Counted from the first letter of the stretch, positions 50,619 to 60,761 are shown. The stretch is 64,000 nt of DNA from an uncultured Planctomycetales bacterium (GCA_964612665.1 CAZTCI010000001.1:712624-776623); one strand, 5' to 3'. The notes: generated by a model not told the origin, from the sequence alone. Numbers and translations: made by a program.

Positions 50619-50903
50619 ATGGGATATCAACCGCTAGAAAGGCTTTTGCCTCAGGCGAATTTTAGTGTCTATAAGTTAGTTAAAATGGCGTCCAAGCGCG
50701 CAATGGCTTTGGCCGACGGCAAACCGAAATTAGTTGAGGTTCCTACCACAACCAAAACAGCAACGATTGCATTAGATGAAATTGCCGCCAGGAAAGTGAT
50801 TTTAAAAGAAGTCGTTGATAAAAATCCTCCCTCAAAGAAGAAATCTGCCCAATCTGAAAATTTAGAAAACAATGAAACAGTCGAGCCGGAACAAAACGCC
50901 TAA
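50619..50903 (+). CDS. rpoZ: DNA-directed RNA polymerase subunit omega
   Basis: …SVYKLVKMASKRAMAL… RpoZ core. Confidence 0.8.
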   Translation: MGYQPLERLLPQANFSVYKLVKMASKRAMALADGKPKLVEVPTTTKTATIALDEIAARKVILKEVVDKNPPSKKKSAQSENLENNETVEPEQNA

Positions 50904-51432
50904 TTCAAAGAAAATTCTTTTAGGCGTCACTGGCAGTATCTCTGCTTATAAATCTGCCGATATTATTCGACGTCTCCAGGAGTCAGGTTTTATGGTTTCT
51001 GTTATTATGACGTCGGAAGCTGAGAAATTTATTTCATCTTTAACATTAAGTAGTTTGTGCTGTGAAAAAGTTTACCGTGATATGTTTGCCGAGGACAATG
51101 CTTGGATGGCGCATATCACTTTGGCAAAAGAAGCGGATCTTTTTTTAATTGCTCCGGCGACGGCCAATGTCATCGCTAAATTGGCGCATGGTATTGCGGA
51201 TGATCTTTTAACGACGACTTTTTTGGCCACGCGCGCCAAATTATTTGTGGCGCCGGCGATGAATGATCAAATGTGGCAGCATAAGATTGTTCAAGAAAAT
51301 ATCAAGAAATTAAAATCGATCGGCGCAAATTTTATTAATCCCATCGAGGGTTCCTTGGCTTGCGGAACTTTCGGTGAGGGGCATTTGGCTGATGTTGATC
51401 AAATTGTTAAAGTAGTCGAAAAGGCTGTTTGA
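50872..51432 (+). CDS. coaC: phosphopantothenoylcysteine decarboxylase flavoprotein (CoaC domain only)
   Basis: KILLGVTGSISAYKSADIIRRL flavoprotein motif; 186 aa, no CoaB domain; start may be downstream of track start. Confidence 0.7.
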   Translation: MKQSSRNKTPNSKKILLGVTGSISAYKSADIIRRLQESGFMVSVIMTSEAEKFISSLTLSSLCCEKVYRDMFAEDNAWMAHITLAKEADLFLIAPATANVIAKLAHGIADDLLTTTFLATRAKLFVAPAMNDQMWQHKIVQENIKKLKSIGANFINPIEGSLACGTFGEGHLADVDQIVKVVEKAV

Positions 51433-51436
51433 ATTT

Positions 51437-51508
51437 GGCGGCATAGCCAAGTGGTAAGGCAGCAGTCTGCAAAACTGCTATTCATCGGTTCGATTCCGAT
51501 TGCCGCCT
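51437..51508 (+). tRNA. tRNA-Cys (GCA)
   Basis: GGCGGCA acceptor, GCAGT-CTGCAAA-ACTGC anticodon arm, GGTTCGATTCC T-loop. Confidence 0.85.
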
Positions 51509-51575
51509 TTAAAAATTCGTGGAGCTTTAAAAGGCGCACGTCCGGCGAGGTTGAATTTATAGCAAAATTATCGAC

Positions 51576-51659
51576 GGGCGGGTGGTGGAATTGGTATACA
51601 CGCAGGACTTAAAATCCTGTGGCCGTAAGGTCGTGAGGGTTCAAGTCCCTCCCCGCCCA
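51576..51659 (+). tRNA. tRNA-Leu (TAA), long variable arm
   Basis: CAGGA-CTTAAAA-TCCTG anticodon arm, extra arm, GAGGGTTCAAGTCCCTC T-arm. Confidence 0.8.
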
Positions 51660-51700
51660 CGTAAAAACTTGACTTCGTCAAGTTTACGTGGTTTTTATTT
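51660..51700 (+). terminator. long hairpin + T-run downstream of tRNA-Leu
   Basis: cacgtaaaaacttgac ttc gtcaagtttacgtg gtttttattt. Confidence 0.5.
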
Positions 51701-51785
51701 ATCAAATTTGTAAGTCAAAGTTTTTACGTGAGGAACGTGAGCCCGAAGGGCTTTTACGTTCCCATTTCGTTGATAAGTTTAATCT

Positions 51786-51857
51786 GGACCCGTAGCTCAG
51801 TTGGTTAGCAGCGTTTCTTTCGACGTTTTCTAAAAGGTTTAAAGGAAGTCGGGATCC
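51786..51857 (+). pseudogene. decayed tRNA-Val-like duplicate (intact acceptor/D-arm, degenerate anticodon and T arms)
   Basis: GGACCCGTAGCTCAGTTGGTTAG… aligns with 5' half of downstream tRNA-Val; no GGTTCGAGTCC T-arm. Confidence 0.5.
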
Positions 51858-51898
51858 CAATACCTTAATAAGTTTTTCTCAGAGCATTTTTAGAATAT

Positions 51899-51972
51899 GG
51901 ACTCATAGCTCAGTTGGTTAGAGCGTTTCCTTGACATGGAAAAGGTCGGAGGTTCGAGTCCTCCTGAGTCCA
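51899..51972 (+). tRNA. tRNA-Val (GAC)
   Basis: GGACTCA acceptor, TTTCC-TTGACAT-GGAAA anticodon arm, GGAGGTTCGAGTCCTCC T-arm. Confidence 0.85.
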
Positions 51973-52113
51973 TTTTAATTTTACAGAAACATAGGGACTT
52001 GACATTATGAACAAGTTTTCCCGTCTCCAAATTTTTTAGGTCGGCGGGAGCCCGCTTACATTAATTTTTTAAAGAAAAAAGCGGGAGAGTCTTGTCGGGT
52101 CCATTTATTTTTT

Positions 52114-53844
52114 ATGGAATACAAAACAGAATTAGATAAGTTACGACACAGCTGTTCGCACGTCATGGCAGAAGCCGTTAAAGAGTTGTGGCCCGAGACG
52201 AAAGTTACAATTGGACCAGCAATCGATAACGGTTTTTATTATGATTTTGATAAGAAAGAGCCTTTTACCGACGAGGATTTAGCCAAAATCGAAAAGGCCA
52301 TGCGCCGCATTATTGAACGTAAACCTAAGTTCGCTCAATCCTTCATGCCCCGCCAGGAAGCGATCGATTTGTTTTCAAGCATGAAAGAGAATTATAAAGT
52401 CGAACTCATCCAAGGAATTCCCGACGAAAAAGTTTCCATTTTTAAAACCGGCGAAGAGTGGTTTGATCTTTGTAAGGGGCCGCATGTTAATGATGCCGGT
52501 CAGATCAAGGCTTTTAAATTGCTTTCTGTCGCTGGCGCCTACTGGCGGGGCGATGAAAAGAATCCGATGTTACAGCGGATTTATGGGACAGCTTTTTTTA
52601 GCCAAAAAGAATTGGATGATTACCTCAAATTATTAGAAGAAGCGAAAAATCGCGATCACCGCAAGCTTGGAACCCAACTCGATTTATTTAACATTTACAA
52701 CGATACCGCCGGCGCCGGCCTTATTTTTTACCATCCTAATGGCGCTATGTTGCGTAAAGTCATTGAAGATTATGTCCGCGCCCAGCATTTAAAACGCGGA
52801 TATGATTTTGTTATGACGCCGCATATGTTAAAAGGAAAATTGTGGGAAATCTCCGGCCACGCCGAGAACTATCGTGACAACATGTATTACTTTAAGGTTG
52901 ATGAAGAAGATTTCGTTGTTAAGCCGATGAATTGCCCGTGTCATATTTTGATTTATAAAGCCAAACTTCATTCCTATCGTGAATTACCGATTAGATTTTT
53001 TGAGTTGGGAACCGTGTACCGTCAGGAGAAGGCCGGCGTTTTACATGGTCTTTTGCGTGTTCGAGGATTTACGCAAGATGATGCGCATATATTTTGCCGT
53101 CGAGATCAAATTAAAATCGAAGTCAAAAACGTGATTGATTTCGTTTTTGAAATGATGAACGACTTCGGTTTTAACAATCTGCATTTGGAATTAAGCACTC
53201 AGCCCGAAAAACACATCGGTTCTCAAGAATCTTGGGACACGGCGACGAAAGCCTTGGAAGAATCTTTGAAAGAAAAGGATTTAAATTATCAAGTGAACGC
53301 CGGCGACGGAGCATTTTATGGTCCGAAGATTGATATCAAGCTTCACGACGCATTAGGCCGGCAATGGCAATGCGGGACGATTCAATGTGATTTCTTTTTG
53401 CCCGAGCGGTTTGACCTATCGTATACGAATGATGCTGGTCAGTCCGAGCGTCCAATCATGCTGCACCGGGCAATATTAGGAAGTTTGGAGCGTTTTATTG
53501 GGATGTTGATTGAGCATTACGCAGGAGCATTTCCTTTATGGCTGTCGCCAATTCAAATTTTAGTGATTCCAATTAAGCCAGAACACCAATTGTTCGGCAA
53601 TCAAGTAAAAGAAAATTTACAAAAGCAGGGTTTGCGCGTTATACTTGATGACAGAAATGAGAGCTTAAATAGGCGTATCCGCGAAGGAATGCTTAAAAAA
53701 ATTCCCTACCTCCTTATTCTCGGTGATAAAGAAATGAATGAAAAGACCGTCGCTGTTCGTAAAAGAACGGCGGGTGATTTGGGAAGTTTGAGCCTGGAAG
53801 CTTTTTCCAAACAAATTCAAGAAGAAATTAGTTCAAAAAAATAA
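52114..53844 (+). CDS. thrS: threonine--tRNA ligase
   Basis: 576 aa; class II motifs, …CSHVMAEAV… editing-site Zn ligands. Confidence 0.9.
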   Translation: MEYKTELDKLRHSCSHVMAEAVKELWPETKVTIGPAIDNGFYYDFDKKEPFTDEDLAKIEKAMRRIIERKPKFAQSFMPRQEAIDLFSSMKENYKVELIQGIPDEKVSIFKTGEEWFDLCKGPHVNDAGQIKAFKLLSVAGAYWRGDEKNPMLQRIYGTAFFSQKELDDYLKLLEEAKNRDHRKLGTQLDLFNIYNDTAGAGLIFYHPNGAMLRKVIEDYVRAQHLKRGYDFVMTPHMLKGKLWEISGHAENYRDNMYYFKVDEEDFVVKPMNCPCHILIYKAKLHSYRELPIRFFELGTVYRQEKAGVLHGLLRVRGFTQDDAHIFCRRDQIKIEVKNVIDFVFEMMNDFGFNNLHLELSTQPEKHIGSQESWDTATKALEESLKEKDLNYQVNAGDGAFYGPKIDIKLHDALGRQWQCGTIQCDFFLPERFDLSYTNDAGQSERPIMLHRAILGSLERFIGMLIEHYAGAFPLWLSPIQILVIPIKPEHQLFGNQVKENLQKQGLRVILDDRNESLNRRIREGMLKKIPYLLILGDKEMNEKTVAVRKRTAGDLGSLSLEAFSKQIQEEISSKK

Positions 53845-53880
53845 TGCCGCACAACGGCAATAGAAATTGAAGAAAGGTGG

Positions 53881-54477
53881 GTGGTTCCTATTCAAAAGAA
53901 TATCCGTATCAATTCCAAAATAAGATCAAACGAAGTTCGGGTCATCGGACCTAATGCTGAACAGCTGGGGGTTGTGTTGTTGCGTCGGGCGCTTGAGTTG
54001 GCCGCCGAACATAATTTGGATTTGGTTGAAGTGGCTCCGACGGCAAAACCGCCGGTTTGCCGGATAATGGACTTTAGTAAATATAAATATGATCAAGAAA
54101 AGAAAGAGCGGCGCGTTAAGCGGAACCAAAAAATTTCACACTTAAAACAAATCCGTGTGAAACCGCATATTGATAATCATGATTATCAAGTGAAACTGCG
54201 CCAAGCAATCGCCTTTTTGGCGAAAAAAGACAAAGTGAAAATAAATCTTTTTTTTCGCGGCCGGGAAATGGCGTTTAAAGATCTAAGCCGGCAAGTGATT
54301 GAAAGATTTATCGCTGACATGGCGCCGCACGCTATGGTTGAAAAACCACCCATTATGGAAGGACGGGTTATGTCAGTTGTGTTTGCTCCTAAGACGGATA
54401 AAACACAAGTCTCCAACAGTACCGAAAGGAAGGAAAAAGACAATGCCGAAATTGAAAACGAACAAGTCGGCGGCTAA
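53881..54477 (+). CDS. infC: translation initiation factor IF-3 (likely initiates at ATT ~53890)
   Basis: …[21 protein letters not shown]… IF3 N-domain; GGTGG RBS 9 nt before ATT. Confidence 0.85.
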   Translation: MVPIQKNIRINSKIRSNEVRVIGPNAEQLGVVLLRRALELAAEHNLDLVEVAPTAKPPVCRIMDFSKYKYDQEKKERRVKRNQKISHLKQIRVKPHIDNHDYQVKLRQAIAFLAKKDKVKINLFFRGREMAFKDLSRQVIERFIADMAPHAMVEKPPIMEGRVMSVVFAPKTDKTQVSNSTERKEKDNAEIENEQVGG

Positions 54478-54640
54478 GCGCTTTAAGATAACCAAAAAGG
54501 GAAAACTTAAAAAGCGTAACGCTGGTCGAGGCCATATCCTTGGAAAAAAATCACGCAAAAGAAAACGCCAGCTGAGACGTGCCGGATTTGTTTCCAACGC
54601 GGATGAGCAGCGCATAAGGAGGTTGTTACCCTATGGTTAG
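54443..54640 (+). CDS. rpmI: 50S ribosomal protein L35
   Basis: [36 protein letters not shown]…; the track ORF's upstream extension is rejected; overlaps the infC tail. Confidence 0.85.
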   Translation: MPKLKTNKSAAKRFKITKKGKLKKRNAGRGHILGKKSRKRKRQLRRAGFVSNADEQRIRRLLPYG

Positions 54641-55010
54641 AATTAAGCATGCGGTTAAAACGCATAAACGAAAAAAGCGTGTTTTAAAAGACGCGAAAGG
54701 CCAATTCGGCCAGAGAAGCCGTCGGTATCAACAAGCCCGTCGGTCGTTGATGAAATCGATGTCTTATTCGTACCGTGACCGACGCGTCAAGAAACGTGAA
54801 ATCAAAAACCTTTGGATTGTCCGGATTAACGCCGCTTGCCGGGAATCAGGGCTCGCTTACAGCCGGTTTATTAAAGGTTTAATTTTGGCTAACGTCACTG
54901 TAAATCGTAAACAACTGGCGGATTTGGCGGTCAATTCACCAGAGGTGTTTGACCGGCTGGTTAGTTTAGCGAAAGAAAAAGTTGGTGCCGTCGGTAACGG
55001 CAAGAAATAA
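54633..55010 (+). CDS. rplT: 50S ribosomal protein L20
   Basis: [23 protein letters not shown]…. Confidence 0.9.
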   Translation: MVRIKHAVKTHKRKKRVLKDAKGQFGQRSRRYQQARRSLMKSMSYSYRDRRVKKREIKNLWIVRINAACRESGLAYSRFIKGLILANVTVNRKQLADLAVNSPEVFDRLVSLAKEKVGAVGNGKK

Positions 55011-55015
55011 AAACG

Positions 55016-55052
55016 CCGTGGGCCTTGCCGGACCGGAAAGCGCACCGGCAAG
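55016..55052 (+). terminator. GC-rich hairpin after rplT
   Basis: cgtgggccttgccgg…ccggcaaggcccacg. Confidence 0.5.
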
Positions 55053-55171
55053 GCCCACGCGTCCATTCCTCTCTCATGAACACCTCTTCACTTCAAAAAA
55101 TTTATTTTCTTTCCACTAAAAAGTTTTTCCAATCATCATTTCATTTTTATAATTTTTTAGGATTTTAATCT

Positions 55172-56206
55172 ATGTGGGATTTTGAAACCATTCAAAAAAC
55201 CGCCCGTCAGGATATTGAAACAGTCTCTGACAAAAACGCGTTGGAAGAATTTCGTCTAAAGTATTTAGGAAAGAAAGGCCTCGTCGCGCAAATTTTTGCC
55301 AGCTTATCCGACGTCGAACCTTCTTTAAAACCAGCCATTGGTAAAGGCGCTAATGATTTAAGAATGTTAGCGACCCAATTGATTGAAGAAAAACAAAAGA
55401 CGGTTCAATCCGTTGGCAGCACTCAGGCCAAACCCGCACTCGACATAACGCTTCCTGGAATCGTTCCCGAAATCGGCCATCAACATATCTTGAACCAAAC
55501 AATCGATGATATCTGTACAATCTTTGAACGCTTGGGATTCATGGTTCAAGATGGACCTGAGATTGAAACCGAATTTAATAACTTCACCGCACTTAATATT
55601 CCCGTCGACCATCCTTCACGCGATGCGTTTGATACATTTTATCTGGAAGCGCCCGATCCGCAAAACAAAGGCCGCAATCTATTGTTGCGCAGTCACACCT
55701 CGCCGGGCCAAATTCGAATCATGCAACAATTTAAACCGCCCTTGGCCGTCGTTATTCCTGGAAAAGTTTACCGCCCGGATGCCGTTGACGCGAGCCATTC
55801 ATTTATGTTTCATCAGATCGAAGGACTTTTAGTCGACGATGATGTGAAATTTTCAGATCTCAAAGGTCTTTTAACCGCCTTTTGCCAAAGATTTTTTTTA
55901 AAAGATATTAAAATGCGTTTTCGTCCGCATTTCTTTCCTTTCACAGAACCGTCGGCGGAAGTGGACATTTCTTGTTATCTTTGCGGCGGCAAAGGATGTT
56001 CTGTCTGCGGCCGTAAAGGCTGGCTTGAAATCATGGGCTGCGGCATGGTGCATCCCAATGTCTTTCAAGCCGCCGGTTATCCCAAAAATCGTTACACTGG
56101 TTTGGCGTTTGGTATGGGCGTTGAACGTATTGCGATGTTGAAGTACGGCATTAATGATATTCGGATATTTTTTGAAAACGACATTCGATTTCTAAAACAA
56201 TTTTAA
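55172..56206 (+). CDS. pheS: phenylalanine--tRNA ligase alpha subunit
   Basis: class II motifs 2/3 (…FHQIEG…; …GLAFGMGVERIAM…). Confidence 0.9.
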   Translation: MWDFETIQKTARQDIETVSDKNALEEFRLKYLGKKGLVAQIFASLSDVEPSLKPAIGKGANDLRMLATQLIEEKQKTVQSVGSTQAKPALDITLPGIVPEIGHQHILNQTIDDICTIFERLGFMVQDGPEIETEFNNFTALNIPVDHPSRDAFDTFYLEAPDPQNKGRNLLLRSHTSPGQIRIMQQFKPPLAVVIPGKVYRPDAVDASHSFMFHQIEGLLVDDDVKFSDLKGLLTAFCQRFFLKDIKMRFRPHFFPFTEPSAEVDISCYLCGGKGCSVCGRKGWLEIMGCGMVHPNVFQAAGYPKNRYTGLAFGMGVERIAMLKYGINDIRIFFENDIRFLKQF

Positions 56207-56207
56207 A

Positions 56208-58232
56208 ATGAAAATCAGTTTAAATTGGTTAAAAGAATACATCGCGCTTTCCGGATCGCCGGAAAAGTTGGCCGAGCGGTTGACGATGGCCGGACAGGAA
56301 GTTGAAAAAATCCATTCACAAAACGGTGATACGGTTTTTGAATTGGAAGTCACACCGAACCGTCCGGACTGCTTAAATTATTTAGGCATTGGGCGGGAAT
56401 TCTCCGCGATCTTTGATAAACCGCTTAAGGCCCTCAAAATTAAGAATTTAAAAATGCCGACGACGAAGTGCGCGATCACGATTGAGGATAAAAGCGCATG
56501 TCCTCATTATGCAGGAACTATTGTGCAAAATATTTCTGTCAAAGAATCACCGGATTGGCTTAAACGTCATTTAACGTCCGCCGGCATGCGAAGCATTAAT
56601 AATGTCGTCGATATAACTAATTTTTGCTTAATGGAATCAGGTCAACCGCTGCATGCGTTTGATTACAATAAACTTGAAGGCGGAAAAATTATTGTGCGTT
56701 GGGCGAAGCCGGGTGAAACGATTGTTACCCTAGATGGTGTTGAGCGGAGATTAGATTCTTCTATATTGGTGATTGCCGATGAGAAGCGGCCGGTTGCTAT
56801 CGCCGGAATTATGGGCGGGCAAGGCACGGAAGTTTCAGCGCAAACAAAAAATATTCTGCTTGAGAGCGCTTATTTCGATCCTACCATTATCCGTTGGGCT
56901 TCACGTAAACTTGCGTTATCGACAGATTCTTCATACCGTTTTGAACGTGGGGTTGATAAACCTAGCGTTAGTTTAGGCGCCCAGCGTGCTTTAAATTTTA
57001 TTTTGGATCTCGCCGGAGGAACGCTGCAAGCTTATACAAATTTAGGAACGCTTAAAAAAGTTTCGGATAAAAAGCCCATTACCGTTTCTTTAAGTGAAGT
57101 GAATAACCGTTTAGGTGCATCATTTACATCTAAAAAAAGTCACGCAATTTTAAGCCGGCTAGGCTGTACGGTTAAAACAGTTTCCAAAGATATCTTAAAA
57201 GTCACGCCGCCGAGTTTTCGTAACGATCTAAAGACACCCGTTGATTTCATCGAAGAGCTGGCCCGCATCACGGGATACGACGCGATGCCGTCGAGTTTGA
57301 TGTCGGTTAAAGCGGTGCACGCTCAAGCGGACAAAAAATTAAATTTAAAAAAGAAATTAAGAAATCTACTTTTAGCTCAGGGATTTAATGAAGTCATTTC
57401 TTATACGATGACGGATCAAAAGTCGTTGGCCAAAACAAATCTTGACGTACACGATAACTTAAAAGTTAAGAATCCATTATCGCAAGATCAGGAAATCATG
57501 CGTCCGCATATTTGGCCGTCCATTTTGAAAATAATCAGCACCAATATCAATCACGGGCAAAGAGATTTTAAACTTTTTGAAATTGGAAAAGAATATTTTG
57601 AAAGTGGCGAACGGACCGTTGTCGCGTTAGCCTTAAGCGGCCATTACGTCCATGATTGGCAGCAAGGAAAGCGCGAATTTAATTTTTACGATATGAAAGG
57701 TGCGGTCGAAAGCATTTTGAATTTTACCTTATTCGCTCGCGCTGATTTTAATCAGACAGAAAATCAGGTGTTAAAGAAAAACGAATCGGCAAAGGCCGTT
57801 GTTAATGGAAGGAGCATTGCAATTTTAGGTCAAGTATCCGACGATGTTCTAAATCGTTGGGATATCAAGTATAAAAATATTTATTTGGCCTGGATTGATT
57901 TTGAAGAATTGGCTGAGCATTATGAAAATGTGAAACGATTTTATCCGACCCCTGAATATCCTGCCATCACCCGCGACATCAGCATTGCGATTAAACAAGA
58001 TCTTGATTTCTCAAAAGTCCGCGCGCTTGTTATGCGTCAATCCGGTGAATTCTTAACTGACGTCAAATTTTTAGAAGAATATACTGGTGAAAAGATTCAA
58101 GCTGGTTACCGCGGCATTGTATTTTCTTTAACTTTCCAATCATCTGAGCGTACGCTGCGCGAAGATGAGATCAATGGCATTCACGACCGGATCTGCAAAG
58201 CACTGGTTGAGTTAGGCGCCATTCGCCGTTAG
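56208..58232 (+). CDS. pheT: phenylalanine--tRNA ligase beta subunit (short form, 674 aa)
   Basis: B3/B4, B5 and C-terminal FDX-ACB-like regions. Confidence 0.85.
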   Translation: MKISLNWLKEYIALSGSPEKLAERLTMAGQEVEKIHSQNGDTVFELEVTPNRPDCLNYLGIGREFSAIFDKPLKALKIKNLKMPTTKCAITIEDKSACPHYAGTIVQNISVKESPDWLKRHLTSAGMRSINNVVDITNFCLMESGQPLHAFDYNKLEGGKIIVRWAKPGETIVTLDGVERRLDSSILVIADEKRPVAIAGIMGGQGTEVSAQTKNILLESAYFDPTIIRWASRKLALSTDSSYRFERGVDKPSVSLGAQRALNFILDLAGGTLQAYTNLGTLKKVSDKKPITVSLSEVNNRLGASFTSKKSHAILSRLGCTVKTVSKDILKVTPPSFRNDLKTPVDFIEELARITGYDAMPSSLMSVKAVHAQADKKLNLKKKLRNLLLAQGFNEVISYTMTDQKSLAKTNLDVHDNLKVKNPLSQDQEIMRPHIWPSILKIISTNINHGQRDFKLFEIGKEYFESGERTVVALALSGHYVHDWQQGKREFNFYDMKGAVESILNFTLFARADFNQTENQVLKKNESAKAVVNGRSIAILGQVSDDVLNRWDIKYKNIYLAWIDFEELAEHYENVKRFYPTPEYPAITRDISIAIKQDLDFSKVRALVMRQSGEFLTDVKFLEEYTGEKIQAGYRGIVFSLTFQSSERTLREDEINGIHDRICKALVELGAIRR

Positions 58233-58596
58233 TAAATTCAGATTTCTAAACTCGACTTGGAATCTTAACTTAGAATTTCGAGCGCCTTCGTTTTAAACAA
58301 TTCGACAGCGTCGGGAATTTTATCAAATCAACAATTGATACGACTTCAGATGTGTGTTAGAATTCCATCTGGATTTAAAAACGATATCCCTGCTCTGTGC
58401 GTTAGGGACCAAATGTGTTGAACCATTACACGATTAATGGGGACAAGATTGCTTCTTCTTACCCGAGGGTAAACAAGAGCCGTTCCCACTTGGTGAAAAG
58501 CTGGTTCACCTCACAACACATCCCGACGGCAAAAGCGGGGATAATTTTTTCGTTTGTCGCCTTCCAAAAGTTTTCAGAATTTTTTAGGATTCTGCC

Positions 58597-59946
58597 ATGA
58601 AAGCTAAGCCCACCATTAATAAAGAACAATCCAATCTTTTTTCTTTAGCGGAAAATCAGACAGAAATTTTGAAAAATGCGCCTTTAAGCGCGCGTATGCG
58701 TCCGCAAACTTTAGAAGAATACGTCGGGCAGAACCATATTCTCGGCGAAGGAAAATTATTATCGCGTGCCATTAAAGCAGACCGTTTAAGTTCGCTGATT
58801 CTTTACGGTCCACCCGGCTCGGGCAAGACGACGCTGGCCAGATGCATCGGAAATTACACGCAGGCTTATTTTGAATCGATCAATGCGGTCACATCGAATG
58901 TCGAAGAACTGCGCAAAATCATCGCCGCAAGCAAAAACCGCCAGCTCAGCTCTCAAAAGAAGACGATCCTTTTTATCGACGAGATTCACCGTTTTAATAA
59001 AGCTCAACAAGATGTGTTGATGCCGGATCTTGAAGAAGGCGCACTTGTTTTAATTGGTGCTACTGTTTTTAATCCTTTCTTTTCATTGATCGGGCCGCTT
59101 TTATCACGGTCGCTGATTTTTGAACTTCATCCGCTTTCGGAAGACGAGATTTTCTTAATTTTACAAAGAGCTCTTGGTGATAAAGAAAAAGGCTTAGGAC
59201 ATTTGAAAATCAAAATGGCGCCTGAGGCGCTTAAGTTTTTGGCGAATATCTGCGACGGCGACGCGCGTAAAGCGTTAAATGCCCTGGAACTCGGAACGCT
59301 AACGACGCCGCCAGAAGAAGATGGTGTTAAAAATTTTACATTGGAAGTCGCGCAGGAATCGATTCAGCGTAAACATGTTAATTACGACCGCGACGGTGAT
59401 CAGCATTATGATACTGCGTCCGCTTTTATTAAATCGATGCGCGGTTCAAATCCCGACGCGGCCATTTATTGGATGGCTAAAATGCTTTATGCCGGCGAAG
59501 ATCCTCGCTTCATTGCGCGGCGGATGTGCATTTGCGCGGCGGAAGATGTTGGCAATGCGGATCCGCAGGCTTTGGTCATTGCCAATGCCGCGTTACAGAT
59601 TGCGGAATTTGTTGGTTTGCCGGAGGCGCGCATTCCTTTAGCGCAAGCCGCCATTTATATCGCCTGCGCGCCAAAATCCAACGCCAGTTATTTAGCCATT
59701 GATCAGGCTTTAAGTGATGTTAAAAATCAAAAAACCCAAGAAGTCCCTAAAAACCTTAAAGACGCTTCATATCCAGGCGCGAAAAAATTGGACCACGGAC
59801 AAGAATATAAGTACGCCCACGATTACAAAGACCATTTTGTAAATCAAGAATATATGTCACACGCTAAAATTTACTATAATCCTACGGACTTAGGCTTTGA
59901 AAAGGAAATTAAAGAACGGGTTAAGAAATGGCGAAAAGCTGAATAG
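58597..59946 (+). CDS. rarA: replication-associated recombination protein A (AAA ATPase RarA/MgsA)
   Basis: LILYGPPGSGKTTLA…, MgsA helical and C-terminal domains. Confidence 0.85.
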   Translation: MKAKPTINKEQSNLFSLAENQTEILKNAPLSARMRPQTLEEYVGQNHILGEGKLLSRAIKADRLSSLILYGPPGSGKTTLARCIGNYTQAYFESINAVTSNVEELRKIIAASKNRQLSSQKKTILFIDEIHRFNKAQQDVLMPDLEEGALVLIGATVFNPFFSLIGPLLSRSLIFELHPLSEDEIFLILQRALGDKEKGLGHLKIKMAPEALKFLANICDGDARKALNALELGTLTTPPEEDGVKNFTLEVAQESIQRKHVNYDRDGDQHYDTASAFIKSMRGSNPDAAIYWMAKMLYAGEDPRFIARRMCICAAEDVGNADPQALVIANAALQIAEFVGLPEARIPLAQAAIYIACAPKSNASYLAIDQALSDVKNQKTQEVPKNLKDASYPGAKKLDHGQEYKYAHDYKDHFVNQEYMSHAKIYYNPTDLGFEKEIKERVKKWRKAE

Positions 59947-60049
59947 TGAAGAGACAGCCAATATAGAAGAATAGGATTGTATCTTGAAATGAAAGATGGT
60001 ATTATATCGCTCACAAAATTAGGAAAATCTGTATTTTATATACAAAAAA

Positions 60050-60607
60050 GTGTTAAATGATTCGAAAAAAGTGTTAAGAAATCAGTTTTTAAACCTGTTG
60101 CGCAGTCAAAAAGAGGAAGATAGGTTTAAAAAGAGTAAGATCATTGGAGATAAGTTTTTTTCAGCTCGGGAAGTCAATGAAGCCCAAACAATCCTTTTTT
60201 ATGCTTCATTTGATGGGGAAGTTGAGACATTTGAAATGATCAAACAAGCCAAAGCTGCAGGGAAAACAGTAGTATTACCAATCATTATAAAAGACCAAAA
60301 ACGTATCATTCCAACCGTTGTTCACAATTTAAATGAAGACCTTCATGACGGGCCATACGGAATTAAACAGCCCAAAGAGACTAACAGTGCAATTACCGTC
60401 GAGAAAATCGATGTGGTGGTTGTGCCTGGGATTGCTTTTGATTCCGCCAATTATCGTTTGGGCCGTGGACACGGTTATTATGACCGTTTTTTAAGCAGTA
60501 TTCCTTCCCGCATTCCAACCTTTGGCTTGGCTTTTGATTTTCAAGTTGTCGATCGTCTCCCTTTCGATTCTCACGACATTCAAGTTTCCCGAGTTATTGT
60601 TAATTAA
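60050..60607 (+). CDS. 5-formyltetrahydrofolate cyclo-ligase
   Basis: …VVVPGIAFDSANYRLGRGHGYYDRFL signature. Confidence 0.8.
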   Translation: MLNDSKKVLRNQFLNLLRSQKEEDRFKKSKIIGDKFFSAREVNEAQTILFYASFDGEVETFEMIKQAKAAGKTVVLPIIIKDQKRIIPTVVHNLNEDLHDGPYGIKQPKETNSAITVEKIDVVVVPGIAFDSANYRLGRGHGYYDRFLSSIPSRIPTFGLAFDFQVVDRLPFDSHDIQVSRVIVN

Positions 60608-60761
60608 CCGAGTTTTCCATAAAATTTTTTGGAATCTCAATTGATTTATCTCCGACGTGATGCGTTAACGCATCAAATCAACGGTGGCGGACAAATAGGG
60701 ACTTTATTGCTCACTTAAGAAAATCCAAGCCACTTTATTTATAAAAAAGAGGTGATTACTG

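Noticed and set aside
52040-52113. T-box leader upstream of thrS
   Set aside because: Only ~140 nt available after tRNA-Val and no T-box consensus (AATTAGGGTGGTACCGCG) found.
54299-54442. Upstream extension of rpmI ORF in the track
   Set aside because: L35 begins at the internal MPKLKTNK; extension lies inside infC coding sequence in another frame.
58415-58600. 61-aa plus-strand ORF in pheT-rarA spacer
   Set aside because: No RBS, no conserved motifs, overlaps rarA start; region more likely non-coding or structured RNA.
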